Below, piece after piece: positions 9,815-20,439 of a stretch of DNA of 59,659 nt; positions within the stretch are counted from its first letter, which is position 1; every line of letters starts with the position of its first letter. The stretch is taken from contig JANLHG010000020.1 in assembly GCA_024654575.1 (NCBI GenBank), forward strand, positions 121,991 to 181,649. The letters are read 5' to 3'. The notes under the pieces are model-generated. The model was not told where the DNA came from. It saw only the letters and a program-made list of their open reading frames with translations, and did not search any database. This stretch comes from Patescibacteria group bacterium (lineage in GTDB: Bacteria; Patescibacteriota; Minisyncoccia; Phycocordibacterales; PALSA-1337). The position numbers were made by a program, and so were the translations under genes.

Positions 9815-10707
9815 AATGTTTTTTGAATAATTCTAAGTTTCGCACTTCTAGCTCTTGGATTTTCACTAATTTCAGAATAATTTGGTGTTATCGGTTTTTT
9901 TGTAACAAGTAATCCTTCGTTATTTTCCATTTTTTCTTTAAAAAATCTTTTGATTATCCTATCTTCAATACTATGGAAACTGATTACGGCTAAACGTCCT
10001 TCTAACTCTAATCTTTCAAAACCCTTTTTAATTCCCTCTTTAAGCGATTCTATTTCATCATTTACTGCAATTCTCAAAGCTTGAAAAGTCTTCGTCGCCG
10101 GGTGGGTTTTTCGACTATGGTACCAAAATGGTGTGGCTTCTTTTATAATATCGACAAGTTCAAAAGTTGTTTCAATCGGTTTGATTTTCCTTTTTTCAAC
10201 AATCTTTTTAGCAATTCGTCTTGCATATGTTTCCTCTCCATATCCATAAATTATATCTGCGATATTTTCTTCTTCCCAATTATTGACAATTTCTTTAGCT
10301 GTCAAATCATCTGGTTGCAATTCTTTTTTAAAAGTCATTAGAAGAGGTTCATTTTTTTGAAAAGTAAATCCTCTCCCTGATTCTTCAAGTTGATTGCTGG
10401 AAATTCCAAGATCAAAAATTATTTTATTAACTTTTGGAATGTGTAAATTCTCTAAAACACGATCAATATCTTTAAAACTAATATTATGAAAACTAGTATT
10501 AGTAGTAAGTACATCAAGTCGCATTCTAGCTCTGTAAAGAGCTTCCTGATCAAGGTCTAATCCGATAATTCGCATGCCACTTCCATAAATTTTTGCAATT
10601 GCTTCACTATGTCCACCCCCACCGAGTGTTCCATCGACAATTACATCTCTTGGATTTATTGCCAAGCCATTTATAACTTCATTTAAAAGAACTGTTTTGT
10701 GTATCAT
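9811..10707 (-). CDS. rsmH: 16S rRNA m4C1402 methyltransferase
   Basis: HKTVLL, DGTLGGGGHS, FQALRIAVNDE, ISFHSIEDR, NPRARSAKLR. Confidence 0.97.
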   Translation of the reverse strand: MIHKTVLLNEVINGLAINPRDVIVDGTLGGGGHSEAIAKIYGSGMRIIGLDLDQEALYRARMRLDVLTTNTSFHNISFKDIDRVLENLHIPKVNKIIFDLGISSNQLEESGRGFTFQKNEPLLMTFKKELQPDDLTAKEIVNNWEEENIADIIYGYGEETYARRIAKKIVEKRKIKPIETTFELVDIIKEATPFWYHSRKTHPATKTFQALRIAVNDEIESLKEGIKKGFERLELEGRLAVISFHSIEDRIIKRFFKEKMENNEGLLVTKKPITPNYSEISENPRARSAKLRIIQKTL

Positions 10708-10712
10708 ACGGT

Positions 10713-11147
10713 TTACAACATTCCTACCTGTCCGAGCTTTTCTGCCAAAGCGTCTGCTTGTTTTTCAACAACCGCTTTATGCTCGCTCCACGACTTCTCG
10801 TTCCAAATTTCTGCTCTACTATGAACTCCGATAATAACTACTTTATTATCCAAATGAGCCCAATCTTTCAAAAAATCTGGAACCAGAATTCGTCCTATTG
10901 AATCAAACTCTACTTCAGTCGCGCCACCGAACATAAAACGAGCAAATCTTCTATTGTCGGCTTGAAGTATTGATAATTCAGAAAGTTTACCAGAAACTTT
11001 TTCCCATTCTTTTGTAGTGAAAATAAATATGCAGTTATCCAAACCCGGTATCAACACAATTTTTTTACCCATCTCTTTTCTAAATTTCACAGGCAAAGAT
11101 AATCTATTTTTTTCATCTATGCTGTGTGTATATTCGCCGATTAACAT
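10713..11147 (-). CDS. mraZ: Transcriptional regulator MraZ
   Basis: GEYTHSIDEKNRL, DSIGRILVP, EIW motifs. Confidence 0.97.
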   Translation of the reverse strand: MLIGEYTHSIDEKNRLSLPVKFRKEMGKKIVLIPGLDNCIFIFTTKEWEKVSGKLSELSILQADNRRFARFMFGGATEVEFDSIGRILVPDFLKDWAHLDNKVVIIGVHSRAEIWNEKSWSEHKAVVEKQADALAEKLGQVGML

Positions 11148-11239
11148 TTTTATGTTTTTTTGTTATCCACACTTCCTAAATTAAAACCTTTGGTTTTAAT
11201 CGGACGAACCCCAATAAAGTTTTATTCTTGGGGTTTTAG

Positions 11240-11258
11240 TCCCACTTATTCCCACTTA
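11240..11258 (-). promoter_or_regulatory. MraZ operator repeats (TAAGTGGGA x2, 10-bp period)
   Basis: TCCCACTTA at 11240 and 11250, just downstream of a TTGCAT-17-TACACT promoter on the minus strand; MraZ is known to bind GTGG/TGGG direct repeats. Confidence 0.7.
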
Positions 11259-11344
11259 CATACAAGTGTATAGCACCCTTTCCAACAATGCAATAGTAAA
11301 AGTCCACATAATATGTGGACAAACTGTGGAAAACAAGGGGATTA

Positions 11345-11521
11345 TTAATTAGGTTTTTTATCCTTATAGAGAAGTTGTTTCAAGTTTTCTTCCCATTCTT
11401 CACTTTTTTCTCCAGAAATTGCTAACTTATTCGCAATATCTTGAATTAGACCGAGCCGGTTTCCCGGGACGATCACCATAACTCGCACTAGCGAGCCGAG
11501 CATGTCTTTTTTTGATGACAT
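11345..11521 (-). CDS. Small hypothetical protein (58 aa), not in ORF track
   Basis: MSSKKDMLGSLVRVMVIVPGNRLGLIQDIANKLAISGEKSEEWEENLKQLLYKDKKPN*, preceded by GAAAGG SD-like site. Confidence 0.6.
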   Translation of the reverse strand: MSSKKDMLGSLVRVMVIVPGNRLGLIQDIANKLAISGEKSEEWEENLKQLLYKDKKPN

Positions 11522-11621
11522 AGTCTACCTTTCTTTTGACTTATTTTGTCAATGTGTGGCTACTCCATTTCACCACACTCTTTTTTTAAGATATCACGAA
11601 TAATATTATTAGTCAAATAAA

Positions 11622-11669
11622 AACAACCCCCTTAGTAAAGGGGGTACCTGTAATCAGGCGGGGGTTGTT
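11622..11669 (-). terminator. Compound terminator after lysS
   Basis: AACAACCCCC/GGGGGTTGTT outer stem, internal CCCCCTT/AAGGGGG and CCTG/CAGG hairpins, T-tract on the minus strand. Confidence 0.65.
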
Positions 11670-13122
11670 ATTTCCTCGGTCTCAAAAGTGGAAAAAATTG
11701 AGTTTCGCGAAGAGGTTTATCTGCTAGAAAAGCAAAAAGGCGTTCACCAAAACCAAACCCGCAAGTTGGTGGCATAGCATACTCAAGCATTTCCACAAAT
11801 TCATAATCTGGCATCATTGCTTCTTCATCTCCAGCATCAATAAGTTTTTGTTGAACTTCAAATCTTTTAGCTTGATCAATAGGGTCATTTAATTCTGAAT
11901 ATCCTCTACCCATTTCACTTCCAGCAATAATTGGTTGAAACATTTGTACAATATTTTTTCCTTCAACAGATTTCGCTAGTGGACCAACCAATTTAGGGTG
12001 ATTAATAAGAAAAGCTGGACCAGAAATATTTTTTCTGCAATATTTCCATAATGTATCTGTCAATCGTTCTTTATTTTCACCATCATATTTAACTCTTAAA
12101 TCTTTAAGTTTAATTTTCATCTCTTTTTCTGTAGCCGTTAGTACATCAATATCAATCTGTTTTTTTATTTCTTCAACATAATCAATTTTTATCCATTCAT
12201 CATTTAAATCAAACGAATGACCTCTAGTGGTAAATTTTGACATTCCAAAAACTTCTTTAGCGATTTTTCGATATAATTCCTGAGTTAATTTCATACCATC
12301 TTCATAATCAGCATATGCCCAATAAAGTTCCATATTGGTAAACTCCTGTAAATGTTCTGGACTAGAACCTTCATTTCGATAAACTCTTCCTATCTCAAAA
12401 GTTTTTTGAAAACCAGCAGACATCAGTCTTTTTTGCCAAAACTCCCCCACAGAGATACGTAAATAGACATCCATATCATAATCATTGTGGTGCGTTTTAA
12501 ATGGTCGTGCTTCTGCTCCACCAGTAGTGACTTCTAAAGTTGGTGTTTCTACTTCAAGAAAACCTCTCTCAATCAAAAAATCTCTAGTGACTTTCCAAAA
12601 TTGTGCTTTTTTATAAAAAAGTTCTTTAAGTTCTAGGTTCATTAAGATATCAAGATAACGATGTCGATATCTTTCTTCAAAATCTTGCAACCCATGCCAT
12701 TTTTCTGGTAATGGTAATAAAGACTTACTAGCAATTATCCAGGACTTAACCAAAATACTTTGTTCTCCTCTTTGTGTAGTAAAAAATTTTCCAGTAACAG
12801 AAATAAAATCGCCTATATCTACTGCATCAACGAAAAGTTTAAATATTTTTTCATCAATTTCATCTTTCTTAAAAACAGCTTGAAACTTTTCTTTACCATC
12901 ATAGAGAACAATAAACAATATTGCTCCTTGACCTCGTATAGCCATCACCCTCCCAGCTAAAGAAACTTCTTTCTCCTTTTTTTCATATTCGGAAAAGTTT
13001 TTCTTTGCATCAAAAAGACAAAAATCGCGAGGAATCTTGCTTGGATATGGATTCATTTCGGCTTCTTTTAATAATTCAAGTTTTTTGAGCCGAATTTCTT
13101 TTAATTCTTCTAATGAAGACAT
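11668..13122 (-). CDS. lysS: Lysyl-tRNA synthetase (class II)
   Basis: RYRHRYLD, EVETPTL, ARPFKTHHN, YLRIS, RVYRNEG, GFGERL. Confidence 0.98.
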   Translation of the reverse strand: MSSLEELKEIRLKKLELLKEAEMNPYPSKIPRDFCLFDAKKNFSEYEKKEKEVSLAGRVMAIRGQGAILFIVLYDGKEKFQAVFKKDEIDEKIFKLFVDAVDIGDFISVTGKFFTTQRGEQSILVKSWIIASKSLLPLPEKWHGLQDFEERYRHRYLDILMNLELKELFYKKAQFWKVTRDFLIERGFLEVETPTLEVTTGGAEARPFKTHHNDYDMDVYLRISVGEFWQKRLMSAGFQKTFEIGRVYRNEGSSPEHLQEFTNMELYWAYADYEDGMKLTQELYRKIAKEVFGMSKFTTRGHSFDLNDEWIKIDYVEEIKKQIDIDVLTATEKEMKIKLKDLRVKYDGENKERLTDTLWKYCRKNISGPAFLINHPKLVGPLAKSVEGKNIVQMFQPIIAGSEMGRGYSELNDPIDQAKRFEVQQKLIDAGDEEAMMPDYEFVEMLEYAMPPTCGFGFGERLFAFLADKPLRETQFFPLLRPRK

Positions 13123-13125
13123 TTT

Positions 13126-13596
13126 TTATTTAACTTCAATAATTGAATAATGTACATCACCATTAGGTGTCCTAACTATCACAGATTCTTTTTTCTTTTT
13201 ACCTAAAAGTGCTAAACCTAAGGGAGCAAGGTTGGAAATTTTATTTAAGGACAAGTCAACTTCTTCAGAACCAACAATTTTATATTCTTTGTTATCTTTT
13301 TCTCCTTCTTTTTTGATTATAACAGTAGAACCAACACCAACCGTATCTTCATGTCTGTCAGAAAGTAAGACTGCCGTTTTCATCATCGTTTCCAGCCTCA
13401 TTATCCTATCCTCAACACTTGCCTGCATCTCTCTAGCTTCTTGATATTCAGCATTTTCTGATAAATCTCCTAAAGCTTTAGCATACTCAAGATTTTCAGC
13501 CACTTCTTTTCGTTTTGTGGTTTTTAAAAAATCAAGTTCATTTTTAAATTCTACTAATTTCTCTTTTGTAAGATACTGAGTTTCTTCTTGTGCCAT
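13126..13596 (-). CDS. greA: Transcription elongation factor GreA (start moved to MAQEE)
   Basis: GDLSENAEY, ISNLAPLGLAL. Confidence 0.95.
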   Translation of the reverse strand: MAQEETQYLTKEKLVEFKNELDFLKTTKRKEVAENLEYAKALGDLSENAEYQEAREMQASVEDRIMRLETMMKTAVLLSDRHEDTVGVGSTVIIKKEGEKDNKEYKIVGSEEVDLSLNKISNLAPLGLALLGKKKKESVIVRTPNGDVHYSIIEVK

Positions 13597-13639
13597 TTTG
13601 TTTAAAATTAATTGTCTTAATATCTTAACACTAAAAATA

Positions 13640-16600
13640 TCATTTTGCAATTGTCTTTTTTATCATTTCTGATTTTGGAGATCCTTCAAAACCTGTTCCA
13701 GCTGGAATAAGTCGTCCGATAATAACATTCTCCATCAGACCATCTAATTTATCAGAATTACCTCGAATAGCACTATTGATAAGAATCTTAGTTGTGTGCT
13801 GGAATGATGCGGCTGAAAGAAAACTTCTTCGAGATAATGAAACTTCAGTAATACCCATAACTACAGAATCAGCTTTTGCTTCTTCCAATCCTTGAGTTTT
13901 AGCTTCTTTATTTTCAATGTCAAATTCATAAGAATCAACAATATTTCCAATTGACATAGAAGTATTTCCAGCATCTTTAATTCTTTTACGAGAAAACATT
14001 TGTCTAACAATCACTTCAATGTGTTTTCTTGATACTGTTTCTCCTTGAAGTTCGTAGATTTTCGACACTTCAGCAATAACATAATTTCTCGCTTTATCTT
14101 TTCCTCCATATTTGAAGACTTCATCAATATCTGCTGACCCGTCAGTAATGATGTCCCCTTTCATAACTTTATCCCCAACCTTAACCAACGACATACGTTT
14201 ATAATGAACAGTATATTCAATTTCTTTTTTCTTAACTTTACTTCTATCTTCAAGTTCTGGTATGACTTTAATAATTTTTTCTTTACCTAAATCTTGAATA
14301 TCAGAAACAATTCCATCTACAATATTAACGACTGCAGGATTTTTTGGTCGACGTTTTTCAAACACTTCTTCAACACGAGGAAGTCCAGATGTAATATCTC
14401 CACCAACAGAAGCCGTTCCACCAGAGTGGAAAGTACGCATAGTAAGCTGGGTACCAGGTTCTCCGATAGCTTGTCCAGCGACAGTTCCGATTGCTTCTCC
14501 GATTTCTACTAATTTATTTCTACCTAAATCAATACCATAACATTTAGCACAAATACCTTTATCACTTTTACAAGATAAGGGAGACCGAACAGAAACTTCT
14601 TTAATTCCAGCATCTTCAACAGCTGTTGCATCGTCTTTAGTTAACAAGTGACCCTTTTTAAACATCACTTCTCCGTTTAAACTTAAAATATCAGACGCAA
14701 CAATTCTTCCCCTTATATTTTTTGAAAGAGGAATATCTATACCTGTATCTCCATCTTTTTTAATAATTATAAAATCTTTACTTCCACAATCTTCTTCGCT
14801 AACCATCACATCCTGAGCAACCACGAAAAGTTTTCTAGTCAAATATCCAGCTTTTGCAGTATTAAGTGCGGTGTCAGTAAGACCTTTTCGAGAACCGTGT
14901 GTAGTAGTGAAATACTCAATAGGAGTTAAACCTTCTTTAGAACAAGAAATAATAGGCATTTCAATAGTACTTCCAGCAGTATCTGTAATAAGACCTTTCA
15001 TTCCAACCATTTGAGTTATTTGAGACATAGAACCTCTAGCACCTGAAGTAATCATATCGAAAACAGAACCCATTTTATCAAGTGTGGCTGGAATAAGTTT
15101 TTCTACATCATTTTTAGTTTTATGCCAAATTTCCAAATTTTTTCTAATTCGCTCATCCACAGTCAAAAGTCCTTCATTAAACTGCTCTACCACTCTTTCT
15201 GATTGAATGTGTGACTTGGCTACAACTTCATCTTTACCTTGTGGAACTTTTATATCATCAATTCCCCAAGTAATCCCAGCATGAGTAACATACTTAAATC
15301 CAAAAGCTTTAATTCTATCAAGAATATCTGGAACATTTTCAATTCCATATTTATTAATAAGGTCATCAATAATAGCAGACATTTTTTTCTTATCAATCTC
15401 TTTATTGATAAAAGGATAATCATCTGGAAGCACGGAATTAAACAAAAGGCGACCAACACTTGTTTCAAATATTTTTCCTTCAAATTGAGCATATTTCGGT
15501 GTCTCTAAAGGAAGAACTTTTACCTTTGCTCTAAAACTAACCACACCAAAATCATAAGAAGTAATGGCATCGTTAATACAAGCAAAATATTTACCTTCAC
15601 CTTTTTCACCATCTACTGATTTAGTCATCCAATAACAACCTAAAACAATATCAAGGAGTTTTGAAACAACTGTAGGATCACCATTTCCCGGTTTTAATAT
15701 ATTTTTATTTGATGCCATAATCTCTCTTGCTTCTGCTTGTGCCTCTATACCAAGAGGTACGTGAACCGCCATTTGGTCACCGTCAAAATCTGCATTAAAA
15801 GCAGTACAAACTAAAGGATGTACTTGAATAGCATTTCCTTCTATCAGAATAGGTTTAAATGCCTGAATACCTAATCTATGCAAAGTTGGAGCTCGATTGA
15901 GAAGAACGTACCTATTTTTAATAACATCTTCCAAAATAGCCCAAACTTCTGGAATACCATCGTCAATAAGTCTACCCGCTCCACGAATATTGTATGCCAA
16001 TTCTTTTTTTAAAAGTCCAGAAATAACAAATGGTTTAAAAAGTTCCAAGGCCATATGTTTTGGAAGACCACATTGGTCAAGTCTTAATTCTGGTCCAACA
16101 ACAATTACAGAACGACCAGAGTAATCTACTCGTTTTCCAAGAAGATTTTGTCTAAAGAGTCCCCGTTTTCCTTTAAGATTATCAGAAAGAGATTTAAGAG
16201 TTCTTTTTTGTGCTTGATTAGCCCCAGAGAATAGATTATTTCCATGTCTAATAGAATTATCTATCAAAGAATCAACAGCTTCCTGTAAAATTCTTTTTTC
16301 ATTTCTAAGAATAACATCCGGTGCACTAATTTCTTTTAATTTAATAAGGCGGTTGTTTCTATTAATAACACGTCTATATAAATCGTTTATATCCGATGTA
16401 GCAAATCTTCCTCCATCAAGAGGTACCATCGGACGAAGAGCTGGTGGAATAACTGGAATACGAGTAAGAAACATCCATTCAGGTCTTATACCCGACAATA
16501 TCATACTACTCACCAACGACAATCTTTTATTTAGTTTTTCTTTATCAGTAGCACCAGAATTTTCTACTTCTTTTTGAAGAGATTCTTTTAGTTTTTGTAA

Positions 16601-17287
16601 ATCAGTATTTTTAAGAAGGTCGTAAATAGCTTCGGCACCTATACCAGCCTCAAATATCACTCCGTATTTCATTCCAAATTTATGATATTGAGCTTCATCA
16701 AGAACCATCCCTGGTTGAATGCTGTCAATCTCTTTTTTCGCATTCAAAAAAAGTTCTTTAAGAGCTAATTTTGTTTTTTCGTCATTTGCACCTTTTACTT
16801 TTGTTTTATATTCATTATCAAGTTCTTTTAAGAATCCATCTTTTGCTTCTTGGTGTATTACAGTAATTATATAGCCCGCAAAATAAATAACTTTTTCTAA
16901 ATCTCCAGTCGCCATACCCATCACTAAACCTATTCTTGAAGGCATACTTCGTAAAAACCAAATATGAGAAACAGGTGTTGATAATTCAATATGTCCCATT
17001 CTCTCTCGTCTTACTATTGACCTAGTAATTTCAACTCCACACTTTTCGCAAATAATTCCTTTATATCTAATACCTCTGTATTTTCCACAATAACACTCGT
17101 AATCTTTGTCTGGACCAAATATTTTTTCATCAAATAATCCATTTTTTTCAGAACGTTGAGTTCGGTAATTTATCGTTTCTGGTTTTGTCACTTCACCAAA
17201 AGACCATTCTTTTATTCGGTCAGGAGAAGCCAATTTTAGATTAACTACATCAAAATCGTTTATATTTGTTTTGGAATTATTTATCAT
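13640..17287 (-). CDS. rpoC: RNA polymerase beta' subunit
   Basis: Zn-finger CYCGKY/CEKC, NADFDGDQMAVH catalytic motif, GEPGTQLTMRTFH. Confidence 0.99.
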   Translation of the reverse strand: MINNSKTNINDFDVVNLKLASPDRIKEWSFGEVTKPETINYRTQRSEKNGLFDEKIFGPDKDYECYCGKYRGIRYKGIICEKCGVEITRSIVRRERMGHIELSTPVSHIWFLRSMPSRIGLVMGMATGDLEKVIYFAGYIITVIHQEAKDGFLKELDNEYKTKVKGANDEKTKLALKELFLNAKKEIDSIQPGMVLDEAQYHKFGMKYGVIFEAGIGAEAIYDLLKNTDLQKLKESLQKEVENSGATDKEKLNKRLSLVSSMILSGIRPEWMFLTRIPVIPPALRPMVPLDGGRFATSDINDLYRRVINRNNRLIKLKEISAPDVILRNEKRILQEAVDSLIDNSIRHGNNLFSGANQAQKRTLKSLSDNLKGKRGLFRQNLLGKRVDYSGRSVIVVGPELRLDQCGLPKHMALELFKPFVISGLLKKELAYNIRGAGRLIDDGIPEVWAILEDVIKNRYVLLNRAPTLHRLGIQAFKPILIEGNAIQVHPLVCTAFNADFDGDQMAVHVPLGIEAQAEAREIMASNKNILKPGNGDPTVVSKLLDIVLGCYWMTKSVDGEKGEGKYFACINDAITSYDFGVVSFRAKVKVLPLETPKYAQFEGKIFETSVGRLLFNSVLPDDYPFINKEIDKKKMSAIIDDLINKYGIENVPDILDRIKAFGFKYVTHAGITWGIDDIKVPQGKDEVVAKSHIQSERVVEQFNEGLLTVDERIRKNLEIWHKTKNDVEKLIPATLDKMGSVFDMITSGARGSMSQITQMVGMKGLITDTAGSTIEMPIISCSKEGLTPIEYFTTTHGSRKGLTDTALNTAKAGYLTRKLFVVAQDVMVSEEDCGSKDFIIIKKDGDTGIDIPLSKNIRGRIVASDILSLNGEVMFKKGHLLTKDDATAVEDAGIKEVSVRSPLSCKSDKGICAKCYGIDLGRNKLVEIGEAIGTVAGQAIGEPGTQLTMRTFHSGGTASVGGDITSGLPRVEEVFEKRRPKNPAVVNIVDGIVSDIQDLGKEKIIKVIPELEDRSKVKKKEIEYTVHYKRMSLVKVGDKVMKGDIITDGSADIDEVFKYGGKDKARNYVIAEVSKIYELQGETVSRKHIEVIVRQMFSRKRIKDAGNTSMSIGNIVDSYEFDIENKEAKTQGLEEAKADSVVMGITEVSLSRRSFLSAASFQHTTKILINSAIRGNSDKLDGLMENVIIGRLIPAGTGFEGSPKSEMIKKTIAK

Positions 17288-20200
17288 ATATTTTTTTTAA
17301 GTTCTACATCAAGAGCTAATCCTCTCAAACTATTTAAAAGCACATTAAACGAAGCAGGAGTACCCGGTTGATTTAGTGGTTCATCTTTCACAATTGAATC
17401 AAATGCGGCTGAACGACCGATAATATCGTCAGATTTAATAGTAAGCATTTCACGAAGTGTGTGAGCTGCACCATGTCCCAAAAGTGCCCAAACTTCCATT
17501 TCTCCAAATCTTTGTCCACCACCTTGTGCTTTTCCTCCAAGAGGTTGTTGAGTAATAAGAGAGTAAGGACCAATTGAACGCATGTGAATTTTATCCTCAA
17601 CCATATGGTGAAGCTTCATAATATACATATATCCAACAGCAATATTTTGATCAAAAGCCACACCAGTTCTTCCATCAAAAAGTTTCATTTTACCATCTTC
17701 ATTAAAACCAGCTTTAACAAGTTCTTCTTTTATTTCAGTATCTGTAGCTCCAGCAAATGGAGGTACAACAGCTTGATAATTAAGAGTGTTTGCAGCCAAA
17801 CCAAGATGCAATTCTAGAATTTGTCCCAAGTTCATACGACTAGGTACACCAAGCGGAGTTAATATGATATCTATCGGTGTCCCATCAGCCATATAAGGCA
17901 TATCTTCTACAGGAAGAATACGTGAGATAACTCCCTTGTTTCCGTGTCTTCCAGCTAATTTATCACCCACCGACACACTTCTTAATTGAGCTACTTCAAT
18001 ATATATTTTTTTAATAATTCCAGATTCTAATTTATCTCCTTTTTCTCTTGAAAAAACTTTAATACTGATAACTCGTCCTCTTTTACCATTTTCAATTCGC
18101 TTTGAAGTATCTTTAACATCTCTAGCTTTTTCACCAAAAATTGAACGCAAAAGTCGCTCTTCTGGAGTCAGTTGTGTTTCACCTTTTGGAGTAATTTTAC
18201 CAACTAAAATATCACCCGGTCTCACTTCTGCACCAATTCTAATGATTCCGTCTTCAGCTAGATTTTTAAGTTTTGATTCACCCACATTTGGAATATCACA
18301 AGTAGTTATTTCTGGACCAAGTTTTGTATCACGAACATTAACTACGAATTCTTCAATATGGAATGAGGCGAATTTATTTTCTTTCACAAGTCGTTCAGAA
18401 AGAATAATTGCGTCTTCATAGTTTGAACCAGACCAAGACATAAAACCTACTAAAATATTTTGTCCTAAAGCAATCTCACCCTTATCAGATGTTGATGTGT
18501 CAACAAGTACATCACCCTTTTTAACTTTATCTCCAAAATTAACCGCTGGACGTTGATGAAAAGCTGTAAAACCATTTGTCCTTTGAAAATGAATTAGATT
18601 ATAATCATAAACTTTACCTTTATTGTCTTTAAATGATACCCTTCTTGCATCTGAGTAAGTAATTATTCCATCGGCTGGTGCATTCACAATTCTTCCAGTA
18701 TCTACAACCGCTTTTTCACCAATACCAGTAGAGACTAAAGGTGCTTCCGGAACAATACAAGGAGTTGCTTGCTTTTGCATGTTAGAACCCATCAGAGCTC
18801 TGTTAGCATCATCATGATTTAAAAATGGAATTAATGATGTAGCCACTGAAAATGGTTGCATTGAGGAAACATCAATATATTCAACGTCATTCCTTTTAAC
18901 AAATTCTGGTTTTCCATTCAATCTAACTTCAACTTCATCTCCCACAATTTTTCCAGATTTATCATATTCAGTCGCACCATGAGCAATTTTATAATTTTCA
19001 TCTTCAAGAGCATTCATATAGACAATTTCCTTGGTTACCATACCATCTTTTACTTTTGCATAAGGAGTTTCAATCATTCCAAATTCGTTTATTCGAGCAT
19101 ATGTTGAAAGGTGAAGAATAAGACCAATGTTCGGACCTTCAGGAGTGTGAATTGGACAAAGACGACCGTAGTGAGAAGGGTGAACATCTCGAACTTCAAA
19201 ACCAGCACGTTCTCTAGTTAAACCTCCTGGACCTAAAGCAGAAAATAGTCTAAGATGTTCCAATTCAGTGAGAACATTTTCCTGTTGCATAAACTGTGAA
19301 AGTTGGTTTGTGGTAAAAAATTCTTTAATTCTAGCTTGAAGTGGTCTTGGCGAAACAAATTGCACTGGAAGTGTAACATCTGGGTCAACAGTAGACATTC
19401 TATCCTGAATATTTCTTTTCATTTGTGACATTCCCACTCTTATTTTTTGTTGAAAAAGTTCTCCAACTAAACGCACTCTTCTTGAACCAAGATGGTCAAT
19501 ATCATCTTCCATTGCGTCCAAAGTATTATTTAATTTCACAATATTACTGATAATGATGGCCACATCATCAACTGTAATCAGTTTTTTAGTCATATCGTTC
19601 TCCGTCATTCCCAAACCAAATCTTTTATTGAATCTCATTCTACCTACCTTTGAAATATCATATCTTTCCTCACTAAATATTCCTTTTATAAAATCTCGTG
19701 CGTTATCTGCAGTAGCTAAATCACCATCACGAAGACGCTTATGAATTTCCATATACGAATCACCCACATTCTTAGCATGGTCTTTAGTAAGTGTCATTTC
19801 TATTACTGATTTTGTGTCTTCATCACCTTTAAAAAGAGTTTTAATTTGTTCGTCTGTTTCTGCTCCTAAAACTCTCAAAAGTGATGTAATAGAAAACTTA
19901 CGCTTTCTATCTATTCGAACATATATCGTACCGTCAGCATCACTTTCAATCTCAATCCATACTCCACGAGCTGGAATAATCTTGGCACCAAAAAATTTCT
20001 TTCCTTTACTTTCATTTGCTGTAAAAAATACCCCGAATGAACGGGCTAATTGAGGAACGATTACTCTTTCAATACCATTAACAATAAATGTTCCATGGTT
20101 TGTCATCATTGGAAAATCAGCCAAGAAAATCTCCTGTTCTTTAGTAGAATCTATTGTTTTGTTTTTCAATTTTATTTTTGCCTTCAGTTGTACTTCATAA

Positions 20201-20439
20201 GAAAGTTTGTTTGTTTTTGCGTAATGTTCTTCGTATTTAGGTTGTGATAATTCAAAACCAGTGAAAGATAAATCAAATTTTTTATTGGAATAATCTCTAA
20301 TCGGTGAAAACTCTTTAAAAACTTCTTCTAAACCTTTTTCAATAAGCCATTTAAAAGATTCCGTTTGTGCTTCTACGAAATTAGGCATTTCTACCAAAGG
20401 CTCTCTATATTTCCCAAAATATTTTTTAATTTTTTTCAT
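17284..20439 (-). CDS. rpoB: RNA polymerase beta subunit
   Basis: HYGRLCPIHTPEGPNIGL, GDKLAGRHGNKGV, GQRFGEMEVWAL. Confidence 0.99.
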   Translation of the reverse strand: MKKIKKYFGKYREPLVEMPNFVEAQTESFKWLIEKGLEEVFKEFSPIRDYSNKKFDLSFTGFELSQPKYEEHYAKTNKLSYEVQLKAKIKLKNKTIDSTKEQEIFLADFPMMTNHGTFIVNGIERVIVPQLARSFGVFFTANESKGKKFFGAKIIPARGVWIEIESDADGTIYVRIDRKRKFSITSLLRVLGAETDEQIKTLFKGDEDTKSVIEMTLTKDHAKNVGDSYMEIHKRLRDGDLATADNARDFIKGIFSEERYDISKVGRMRFNKRFGLGMTENDMTKKLITVDDVAIIISNIVKLNNTLDAMEDDIDHLGSRRVRLVGELFQQKIRVGMSQMKRNIQDRMSTVDPDVTLPVQFVSPRPLQARIKEFFTTNQLSQFMQQENVLTELEHLRLFSALGPGGLTRERAGFEVRDVHPSHYGRLCPIHTPEGPNIGLILHLSTYARINEFGMIETPYAKVKDGMVTKEIVYMNALEDENYKIAHGATEYDKSGKIVGDEVEVRLNGKPEFVKRNDVEYIDVSSMQPFSVATSLIPFLNHDDANRALMGSNMQKQATPCIVPEAPLVSTGIGEKAVVDTGRIVNAPADGIITYSDARRVSFKDNKGKVYDYNLIHFQRTNGFTAFHQRPAVNFGDKVKKGDVLVDTSTSDKGEIALGQNILVGFMSWSGSNYEDAIILSERLVKENKFASFHIEEFVVNVRDTKLGPEITTCDIPNVGESKLKNLAEDGIIRIGAEVRPGDILVGKITPKGETQLTPEERLLRSIFGEKARDVKDTSKRIENGKRGRVISIKVFSREKGDKLESGIIKKIYIEVAQLRSVSVGDKLAGRHGNKGVISRILPVEDMPYMADGTPIDIILTPLGVPSRMNLGQILELHLGLAANTLNYQAVVPPFAGATDTEIKEELVKAGFNEDGKMKLFDGRTGVAFDQNIAVGYMYIMKLHHMVEDKIHMRSIGPYSLITQQPLGGKAQGGGQRFGEMEVWALLGHGAAHTLREMLTIKSDDIIGRSAAFDSIVKDEPLNQPGTPASFNVLLNSLRGLALDVELKKNI

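Noticed and set aside
11160-11340. oriC at the DnaA-box-like cluster
   Set aside because: Only 3-4 boxes, no dnaA/dnaN nearby, and no switch in gene orientation across the site
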